Source of the DNA: Elusimicrobiaceae bacterium
GTDB taxonomy: Bacteria; Elusimicrobiota; Elusimicrobia; Elusimicrobiales; Elusimicrobiaceae
Direction: 5' to 3'
Assembly: GCA_045644515.1 (NCBI GenBank)
Contig: JAZRHA010000008.1
Location: 305 to 64,304 of the forward strand
DNA: 64,000 nucleotides
A program made the position numbers and the translations under genes. The notes below the pieces were generated by a model. That model was not told where the DNA came from and did no database searches. It saw only the letters and a list, made by a program, of their open reading frames with translations. This document shows, piece after piece, positions 9,324 to 16,735 of this stretch (its first letter is position 1; every line of letters begins with the position of its first letter).

Positions 9324-10909
9324 ACTTTAATTTCCCCTAACTTGTTGACGGCCTTTATACCAATGAATATCCAAATTATACAAAATAACAACACAACTAT
9401 ACCAATCGGAGTCGTATAAAAGTTTATCATGGTATCAGGTTGGAATACAAACATAACACCCACCATAATCCATGGCATAATACCTACAACTATAGCTTGT
9501 ATCCTTTGCTGGGCGGTCATAGCCTGAAGTTTTTCTTCAAGTTTACTTTCTTCACGGATATTTTCTACGATACGTTCAAAAATTTTAGTTAAATTACCGC
9601 CGACTTGCCTTTGCAAAACTATCGCTTTTACCATATAAGAAAGCAAACGGGATTCCACACGTTCTTCCATCATTTCCAGAGATCTTTCAAACGGGGTACC
9701 CAAATTATAATTTTTTATTACTAAACCAAATTCTTCGGATATGGGTGGACGTAAATCTTTTGATACCATTTCAAAACCTTGCACAATATCCATACCTGAT
9801 TTTAAGGAATTTGAAAGCAAAATTAAAGCGTCCATAAGTTGTTTGTTTATTTTATTACCTCTTTGCCTTTTCAAAACTCTAAGCATAGAGCCCGGCATTT
9901 TAAGCCCCACATGCAAACCTATACCAAAGAAAACACATAAAACCACAAACCCAAAAATACCGCCCAAAGCCATGGCGAACATTATACCTAAGAAAGTAAA
10001 CAAAACAACAGTAGCAACAACCATATATTTTATGTTAATTCTAATAAATTGCCTGTTATAATCATCAACCCAAACAGATGTTTTTTGCAAATATTTATCT
10101 ATAGCACCACTGATAGCATCATTTTGATTATTCATTATCATCAAAACAGCCAAAAAAACAAGTAATGTACCTAACATGGTAAGAATTAGTAACATAACTT
10201 GGTTATTAGGCCTTTTAAAACGCGCTGGTGCTACCGCAAGCCATTGTTTCATCATGACAGTTGAATAGATAGAATTTGAGAGAATAGCAATACCTATAAT
10301 TGATTTCCTGAATTTACTGCGCCATTGTTTTGGAGATACTACGAAAGATTCCCCCACACTTACCATCTCTTTATTAATTAGCTCAAGTGTAGATATTATT
10401 TGCCTTCCGCGCCCTTCCATACTTTCGTAAAAAGCCGGCTCTGAAGCAATAATATCTAATGTAATTAAGAAACGAGTGCGCAGAAAACCAAATTGTTCCA
10501 TAATTTCTTGTGAAGTATAGGCGGTCCCTTCATTTATACCATCAGCTAAAGCTAAATATTCATGAATAATATTGAAAGCCCTTTGCCATATTTGCGCTTC
10601 ACTATAAGATTGAGTGCCGGTTTCAGTATCCTGCTGCCAAATTTGTTTCTTTGCCATTTCCGGTAAAGATTTTTCAAGCCAATCTGGCATCGGTATTGGT
10701 TTGCTTTTACCGCATTGTGAAGGATTAAAAGCCTTTTGATCCGAAGGTTTGTCAACATTTAAGAAATTATATACTGCATATATTTTTTCTTCCGCACATT
10801 TTAAAATTTGTGTTTGTTTATCTGTCAAAACTTGTTGAGCGAAACAAACACTTTGCCCTAATATCAGGGTTGCGATAAGGAAAAATAATACAGTTTTTAA
10901 GTTCTTCAT
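9320..10909 (-). CDS. tadB: TadB-like platform protein (T2SS-F domain) with about 230-aa N-terminal secreted extension
   Basis: The C-terminal 290 aa have T2SSF layout (LRVLKRQRGNKINKQLMDALILLSNSLKSG...). The N-terminus has a signal peptide and a soluble domain not usual for TadB. Confidence 0.7.
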   Translation of the reverse strand: MKNLKTVLFFLIATLILGQSVCFAQQVLTDKQTQILKCAEEKIYAVYNFLNVDKPSDQKAFNPSQCGKSKPIPMPDWLEKSLPEMAKKQIWQQDTETGTQSYSEAQIWQRAFNIIHEYLALADGINEGTAYTSQEIMEQFGFLRTRFLITLDIIASEPAFYESMEGRGRQIISTLELINKEMVSVGESFVVSPKQWRSKFRKSIIGIAILSNSIYSTVMMKQWLAVAPARFKRPNNQVMLLILTMLGTLLVFLAVLMIMNNQNDAISGAIDKYLQKTSVWVDDYNRQFIRINIKYMVVATVVLFTFLGIMFAMALGGIFGFVVLCVFFGIGLHVGLKMPGSMLRVLKRQRGNKINKQLMDALILLSNSLKSGMDIVQGFEMVSKDLRPPISEEFGLVIKNYNLGTPFERSLEMMEERVESRLLSYMVKAIVLQRQVGGNLTKIFERIVENIREESKLEEKLQAMTAQQRIQAIVVGIMPWIMVGVMFVFQPDTMINFYTTPIGIVVLLFCIIWIFIGIKAVNKLGEIKV

Positions 10910-13101
10910 TATTCCGCCTTTGCAAAAGTACTCTCCGGTACTTCAAGACCTTTAGCTTTAAATTCATCAAAGAAAGTGGGCTTTATACCTGTAGCCGTAA
11001 ATTGTCCTTCCACTTTTCCCTCCGGGTTAACACCCGTTTGATTATATCTAAATAAATCTTGTGTTTTAATCTCATCACCTTCTCTACCACAAATTTCCGT
11101 AATATATGTGACTTTTCTCGTACCATCGGAAAACCTTGAAAGTTGAACAACCAAGTTTACGGCAGAGGATATCATTTCCCTAATAGCCCAAATAGGAAGT
11201 TCCGCACTTGCCATCATACACATTGCTTCAAGACGGGTTAAACTATCCCTTGGGGTATTTGCGTGAATTGTGGCCAGTGAACCTTCGTGACCGGTATTCA
11301 TGGCTTGTAACATGTCCAAAGCTTCTGCGCCGCGACACTCACCGACTACGATTCTGTCCGGCCTCATACGCAAACAGTTAATAACTAAATCTTTAATCGT
11401 TATAGCACCCTTTCCTTCCACGTTTGGTGGGCGGCTTTCCAAAGACACCCAGTGTTCCTGTTGCAAACGAAGTTCTGCGGTATCTTCCACAGTAACAATA
11501 CGCTCATCACCGGGAATATAACTTGAAAGGGCATTTAAAAATGTTGTTTTACCTGTACCAGTACCACCGCTGATAATAATGTTTTTGCGGAGTTTGACAC
11601 AGTTTTCTAAGAAGAACATACACTCTTTATTGATAGTACCAAAGCGGTAATAATCTTCAGGCCCGAATGGTTTTTGAGAGAAACGCCTAATTGTAAGTGA
11701 AGGCCCTGAAACCGCAAGCGGTGCAATAATAGCATTAACACGGGAACCGTCTTTCAAACGGGCGTCCACCAAAGGTACTGATTCGTCAATACGCCTGCCA
11801 AGCGGGGCAACAATCCTTTTAATGACTTGTACAACCTGGTCATTATTCCTAAATTTATAACGTGTTAAGGTTAACTTACCTTTTTGTTCAATAAAAATCT
11901 TATCATAAGCGTTTACCATGATTTCGGTAACGGATGGATCCCTCATCAAAGCCTCTAATGGCCCAAGGCCCAAAATTTCATCCAAAAGTTCATTAATGAA
12001 ACGGAGTTTTTGGTCCCTTGATAACTGGACATTAGCCTTTTTCCTTAAAACATCATCAATAATTATGGCAACGCGTTTCCTTGTCTGCTCGTTTTGGGAA
12101 CCTTCCTCGCTAATAACGATACGTTCCACCTCTAAAGTTTTAATAACATCCTTGTGAACTTGTTGTTTTAAACTATCCCAATAAGAAAGTTCCTCACTTT
12201 TATCGGTATGGTTTGGTGCATGGCCTGTACTTACAACACTTAAAGCCTCCCATACTTCCTTGGAATTGGCTTTAAATGCTTCATTTGAAATGGATGTAGT
12301 CCAAGTCTTATCGATAGGGGTAGTTTCTTCTATAACTTTTAAAATGGGACGTAAACCTTCCTGTACCCAAGCAGAATTCCTATTAACTAAAATCTCTATT
12401 TCACGTTTATTGGAAGATTCAAAAACACTTTCTTCCCAAGTTAAATATACCAAAGGCTCACGCCCTAAACGTATAAAAAATTTATTGACTTCTTCATGCG
12501 GAATAGCACCGGGCAAGTTATATTGATTACAAATAATATCCAACCGGTCAATCGGGAAATGAAGTTCTTTAAAATCGGTGAACATACTTACTGTCGTATT
12601 TAAATGCGGACGCGTACAATTTGTAACCCAGAAAATTTTATCAGCGATATCAAACCCAAAAGCTTCCATAGGGAAACTTGAATCAATATCCAAAAATATA
12701 TCAAAATGCTGTTGTAAGCGGGACAAAATAGGTAATAAAACTTTAGGCGTAATTAAGGAAACTTCCTGCCTTGTGGAACCAAGCGGTAAAATACCGACAC
12801 CCACTTGTGTCATGGAAATTTTACCCCTTATAAGCGCAGCGGCAGATTCTATAGCAACATTATCCAAACCAAGTGCTTTAGATAAATCAGCTATTGTAAT
12901 GGGTTTTCTTATTCCCAAATAAAAACCATGCTCCTGCCTAGCAAGCGGATCCAAAGGCACGATAATAACCGGCCTTTTTTGCATCTCCGCCCAAGCAACT
13001 GCCAAGTTCAAAACAAGAGTCGTTTTACCGACACCTTCTTTTGGACCTGTAAATGCAATTACGCGCGGCGTTCCGAAAGCAGGGATTTGTGTATCTGTCA
13101 T
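10909..13101 (-). CDS. cpaF: Fused CpaE/TadZ-like ParA ATPase domain and CpaF/TadA secretion ATPase
   Basis: N-terminus: deviant Walker A of the MinD/ParA type (IAFTGPKEGVGKTTLVLNLA). C-terminus: T2SS-E/VirB11 ATPase with Walker A GGTGTGKTT, Walker B RPDRIVVGECRGAEA and His box GHEGSLATIHAN. Confidence 0.85.
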   Translation of the reverse strand: MTDTQIPAFGTPRVIAFTGPKEGVGKTTLVLNLAVAWAEMQKRPVIIVPLDPLARQEHGFYLGIRKPITIADLSKALGLDNVAIESAAALIRGKISMTQVGVGILPLGSTRQEVSLITPKVLLPILSRLQQHFDIFLDIDSSFPMEAFGFDIADKIFWVTNCTRPHLNTTVSMFTDFKELHFPIDRLDIICNQYNLPGAIPHEEVNKFFIRLGREPLVYLTWEESVFESSNKREIEILVNRNSAWVQEGLRPILKVIEETTPIDKTWTTSISNEAFKANSKEVWEALSVVSTGHAPNHTDKSEELSYWDSLKQQVHKDVIKTLEVERIVISEEGSQNEQTRKRVAIIIDDVLRKKANVQLSRDQKLRFINELLDEILGLGPLEALMRDPSVTEIMVNAYDKIFIEQKGKLTLTRYKFRNNDQVVQVIKRIVAPLGRRIDESVPLVDARLKDGSRVNAIIAPLAVSGPSLTIRRFSQKPFGPEDYYRFGTINKECMFFLENCVKLRKNIIISGGTGTGKTTFLNALSSYIPGDERIVTVEDTAELRLQQEHWVSLESRPPNVEGKGAITIKDLVINCLRMRPDRIVVGECRGAEALDMLQAMNTGHEGSLATIHANTPRDSLTRLEAMCMMASAELPIWAIREMISSAVNLVVQLSRFSDGTRKVTYITEICGREGDEIKTQDLFRYNQTGVNPEGKVEGQFTATGIKPTFFDEFKAKGLEVPESTFAKAE

Positions 13102-13102
13102 A

Positions 13103-13843
13103 CTATTCTACAATCTCCACAGTTACGAAGAGGAATAATGAGCGTTGGTCTTCCATTACGTTACGTGTCCTAAAAAAGGCACCAATCAATGGAATATTAC
13201 CAAGTATTGGCACTCTGTCTTCCGCAATAGAACGGTTACTGCTCTTTAAACCGCCGATAACTAAAGTTTCACCGCTATTTAATTCAACTTCTGTTCTTAA
13301 TTGCCTTTTATTTATAGACGGAACAGAAGTACCATTTAAAACAACAGGATTTGAATAATCAGGATTGGATAATTCAATGCTAAGTTGTACTACAATAATT
13401 TTATTGCGTTCAGGGATAATTGTCGGTAAAACATCAAGTATGATTCCGTAATCTTGAAAATCTACGCCGGCTGAATTGTTTTGCACAGTTGGGTAAGGGA
13501 TTTTGCCGCCCGCGAAAAAACTTGCACTGGTATTTGATCTAGCCATAACTTTTGGATTAGATAAAACCTGCGCTTTACCTTCCGTTTCCATTAATTTCAA
13601 ACGAGTACTTAAAAGTGATCTGCGTTCAAATTCCCCAATGGAAAATACACCTGGGATATTCTTTTCCTGGAAATCAAGCAATTGGTTCCAAGCAAAACCT
13701 TTTGAGGTTGAAAGCGAACCGCTGATTTCCACAATATCAGCACTGACGGCCACGAGATCTGTCTTTTTAGCATAACCTGTTTGCGCAAACAAAGCAAGTG
13801 CCAAAGGCAGAATAAATAATTTTAAGACTTGTTTATATTTCAT
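13103..13843 (-). CDS. cpaC: Minimal secretin (secretin C-domain only, 246 aa)
   Basis: Signal peptide followed almost directly by the secretin domain (LMETEGKAQVLSNPKV...GETLVIGGL...RVPILGNIPLIGAFFR). Confidence 0.8.
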   Translation of the reverse strand: MKYKQVLKLFILPLALALFAQTGYAKKTDLVAVSADIVEISGSLSTSKGFAWNQLLDFQEKNIPGVFSIGEFERRSLLSTRLKLMETEGKAQVLSNPKVMARSNTSASFFAGGKIPYPTVQNNSAGVDFQDYGIILDVLPTIIPERNKIIVVQLSIELSNPDYSNPVVLNGTSVPSINKRQLRTEVELNSGETLVIGGLKSSNRSIAEDRVPILGNIPLIGAFFRTRNVMEDQRSLFLFVTVEIVE

Positions 13844-13853
13844 AATTTATCCC

Positions 13854-14612
13854 TTAATAACTAAATAATTTTGAAAAACTTGAAACTGCCATCGGGTACA
13901 TTTTACTATCCCCACTGGAGCGAACAACTATTGTTACTTCCCCCTCTTCTTTTGCAAGTGCCAAATATTGTGCTTCAAGAGGAGTCAAAGCCAAACTCAA
14001 AACAGAACGGTCAGAAAATGCTGCCGCATTTGCTTCCCTTTCAGAATTTGCCGTCTTACCGGCAGCATCTAAACCTTGGCCTAAATTAGAACCTACACCC
14101 AAGACCAAGATGTTTTGCAAAATTGTTGCGGCCATATTTTCTTTAGCACCGCCTTTTAATGCTGCTTCAAAAGTAAGCAAGATATCAACTTTATCACCTG
14201 GTTTTACTAAATTTGAAACATTGTTATTAACTTCCAAAATAAAAGCGCGGTAATTTGGTGTTACTTTTAAACTGATACCGGCATCAGGGCTTAAGGAGGC
14301 TAAAGCTGACCTTGTTATTTGATCATCTTTAGAAATTGAAATACGGGTAACTAAATTTTCAATATCTGCAATATTATCCCCTTTAGATAAGACAAATGCT
14401 CCCCTTTGTACATATGCAGAAGGAATTTCTTTTGCAGTAATAAAATTTCTTTGCATTACTTTGCCTTCAGGTATATCAACATTAGCTACTGCTACTGTCA
14501 CTGCATTGCTTGCTTTTTGCAAGGAACTTTGTGCCATATTAAGTATCAAGAAATAAATAACCGCTGCAACTACTGCAAATAATAACGGTATTAAAGCATT
14601 TTTTTTGTTCAT
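13854..14612 (-). CDS. cpaB: Flp pilus assembly protein CpaB/RcpC
   Basis: N-terminal TM anchor, SAF-like domain (VTVAVANVDIPEGKVMQ), C-terminal RcpC-type region. Sits in the canonical position between tadE and the secretin. Confidence 0.75.
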   Translation of the reverse strand: MNKKNALIPLLFAVVAAVIYFLILNMAQSSLQKASNAVTVAVANVDIPEGKVMQRNFITAKEIPSAYVQRGAFVLSKGDNIADIENLVTRISISKDDQITRSALASLSPDAGISLKVTPNYRAFILEVNNNVSNLVKPGDKVDILLTFEAALKGGAKENMAATILQNILVLGVGSNLGQGLDAAGKTANSEREANAAAFSDRSVLSLALTPLEAQYLALAKEEGEVTIVVRSSGDSKMYPMAVSSFSKLFSY

Positions 14613-14644
14613 AACTCTCCTTAAAACTACTTAAATATTTCAAA

Positions 14645-15118
14645 TCAGTTAAGTAAGGGCCTTTCTATCGGCATACGGGCATTTGCCTTTAGCCATAAGA
14701 TACCCAACCTTTTTGGCTCACTTGCGAAAACATAACTCGTTAAAGGGTAAGCCAAATCTACCCTATAAACGATATTTACTACCAAATCTTCATTAGGGTG
14801 ATCTTTCACCTGCGGATCATTACTTGTGCGCACAATTTTTGAGGAAAACCTCACCTTCTTACCCGGGTCCGCCATACCGAGCATTTTTGATAATGCTGCA
14901 CGCATTTTGCCTTGCATACGGGTTGCATCTGTCGTACCGCTGTGTTTTTTTACACCGACCATAGAGCCAACCCTTGCAAGCTCGTAAGAAATATGGTGGG
15001 CAATTAAAGTATGATAGGCTATATTACCAAGTTCTAATACGACGAAAATTATCATCATAAAAATTGGTAATACTACAACAAGTTCAATTACTGTTTGCCC
15101 ACCCTTATTTCTTAACAT
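14645..15118 (-). CDS. tadE: TadE-like pseudopilin
   Basis: N-terminus MLRNKGGQTVIELVVVLPIFMMIIFVVLELG matches the TadE-like motif (G-x-x-x-x-E then a hydrophobic helix). Confidence 0.75.
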   Translation of the reverse strand: MLRNKGGQTVIELVVVLPIFMMIIFVVLELGNIAYHTLIAHHISYELARVGSMVGVKKHSGTTDATRMQGKMRAALSKMLGMADPGKKVRFSSKIVRTSNDPQVKDHPNEDLVVNIVYRVDLAYPLTSYVFASEPKRLGILWLKANARMPIERPLLN

Positions 15119-15127
15119 TTCAAAGAA

Positions 15128-15337
15128 CTATACTTGTGATGCAGAACCGGTAATTTTTTCTTTAATTTGATTAAATAATTCCGGCATATAATTTTTAATC
15201 AAAGCACCGACGGCAAATACTACGCCAATGATAACTAAAAGCATTAACAAGTATTCAATGGTGTTTTGACCTTTTTTATTCTTAACACTTTCAATAGCTT
15301 TATTAAAAGCTAAGTGCATTTTTGCGATATATTTCAT
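15128..15337 (-). CDS. flp: Flp-type / class III signal peptide pilin (69 aa)
   Basis: MKYIAKMHLAFNKAIESVKNKKGQNTIEYLLMLLVIIGVVFAVG...; SD GGAGGA upstream. Confidence 0.8.
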   Translation of the reverse strand: MKYIAKMHLAFNKAIESVKNKKGQNTIEYLLMLLVIIGVVFAVGALIKNYMPELFNQIKEKITGSASQV

Positions 15338-15361
15338 ACATCCTCCAATACTTTTAAATTT

Positions 15362-15535
15362 TTACGAATCCAGCTCGTACACTGATAAAATTATTTTTGC
15401 CCCGTTTTCAAACTGCCTGGGCACTATATGGCTATAAAGCTGGTAAAACAAAACAAAGGCAACAAAAAGTGCTGCTGTGGTTAAAATATATTCAACCGTT
15501 GTCTGCCCTTTGTTATTTTTTACCAAATTTTTCAT
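15362..15535 (-). CDS. flp: Flp-type / class III signal peptide pilin (57 aa)
   Basis: Below the ORF-track cutoff; hand translated: MKNLVKNNKGQTTVEYILTTAALFVAFVLFYQLYSHIVPRQFENGAKIILSVYELDS. 174 nt in frame from ATG 15535 to TAA 15362-15364. Confidence 0.7.
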   Translation of the reverse strand: MKNLVKNNKGQTTVEYILTTAALFVAFVLFYQLYSHIVPRQFENGAKIILSVYELDS

Positions 15536-15553
15536 ACAATCCCTTTCAATAAA

Positions 15554-16516
15554 CTAAAACTGCAACCTTACAGATAATTGATGTGCCGTACCTAAAGCAC
15601 CGGACGGCAACATAGCATAATCAATACCTAAACCGTATCCCATAATTTCACTGCTGTAAAACCCAAAACCGAAACTGAGTTTTGAGGTATCGGTAAGGCC
15701 GATTTTATCTGCCAAATCGCCGTCTTCTGCATATCCGGTATTTTCGCGGTTATAGTAACCGACGCGGATATCAAAAACAGCAACTTCAATTAAATCTTCC
15801 GGCAAATGTATTACAAGGCCAATACCGTAGCGGGCTTTATCGTCAACATATTTTACAAGTTCACCGGTTAAAGTATAATACTTGGTGTTAAAAGCAACAC
15901 CACCGCGTAAAGCTGTAGGGACCTCTTTTTTATCCCCTAAATTTTGCCCCATTAAGCCCAAAACTAAGGTGTCATTTCTGCCAAATCTCAAACGCCCGCC
16001 CACGTCAAAGGCCGGGTTAACATGTTTTACACCGACGTTATTTTCATTGATATACTTTGCTGTACCGCCGATATCAAGGAAACCCAAAAATGTTCTTGCC
16101 AAACTAACTGTAGCGACATAATCTTGTATAAATTGGCCGGTATAATTTTGGGGTATACCTTCAATATCGCGTGTTTCCAAACTGCCGAGTCTCAAATAAC
16201 GCAAAGTGAAACCGAGGTTTGTTTTCCCCAAAGGTTGAATATATGCAAGGGCGGTATCGCTAACGCCTTCAAACCATTGCATGTGGGAAACCTGGAATTC
16301 CCTGGTATTTGCCGTTGCAGCACCTGCAGGATTCCAAAATAAAGCCTGCGTTCCGTGGGAAAGTGCCGTAAAAGAGTTACCCAAAGCTTGCCCTTCCGGC
16401 GCACCTGTACCGAGTTTCATAAAAGCACCTGCAGAAGTACCTGCATCGCTATGAATATCAGCTTGCGCAGCAAGCGTTGCAAACATTATTACAAATATAA
16501 GTGTTAATTTTTTCAT
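15554..16516 (-). CDS. PorV/PorQ-family-like outer-membrane beta-barrel protein
   Basis: Signal peptide. N-terminal signature GTSAGAFMKLGTGAPEGQALGNSFTALSHGTQALFWNPAGAA, as in PorV-type proteins. Alternating beta-strand pattern with a terminal aromatic residue (RLQF). Confidence 0.6.
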   Translation of the reverse strand: MKKLTLIFVIMFATLAAQADIHSDAGTSAGAFMKLGTGAPEGQALGNSFTALSHGTQALFWNPAGAATANTREFQVSHMQWFEGVSDTALAYIQPLGKTNLGFTLRYLRLGSLETRDIEGIPQNYTGQFIQDYVATVSLARTFLGFLDIGGTAKYINENNVGVKHVNPAFDVGGRLRFGRNDTLVLGLMGQNLGDKKEVPTALRGGVAFNTKYYTLTGELVKYVDDKARYGIGLVIHLPEDLIEVAVFDIRVGYYNRENTGYAEDGDLADKIGLTDTSKLSFGFGFYSSEIMGYGLGIDYAMLPSGALGTAHQLSVRLQF

Positions 16517-16573
16517 TTTAATTCCTTATAAATTTATTTTACTTCTTTTAAAACCTTGCATTACTTCCTTTTG

Positions 16574-16693
16574 TTCCTCTCCCCTTTACTCGTAAAGGTG
16601 GAGAGGTTAGGGGTGGGGTTATTAAATTTGTATTCCTTATTTTTCAACCCCACCCCCTACCCCTCCACCTTTGTAAACAAAGGGGCGGGGAGT
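16574..16693. repeat. Composite REP-like palindrome: unit F1 (16574-16620), 25-nt spacer, inverted unit R1 (16646-16693)
   Basis: ttcctctcccctttactcgtaaaggtggagaggttaggggtggggtt ... aaccccaccccctacccctccacctttgtaaacaaaggggcggggagt. Each unit is a hairpin plus a GGGGTGGGG tail. The same units recur at 21711-21974, 22336-22449, 35830-35868 and 36602-36648. Confidence 0.9.
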
Positions 16694-16735
16694 ATAAGGA
16701 AATACTACTTCATTTTTTAAAAGAACAACTACCTT

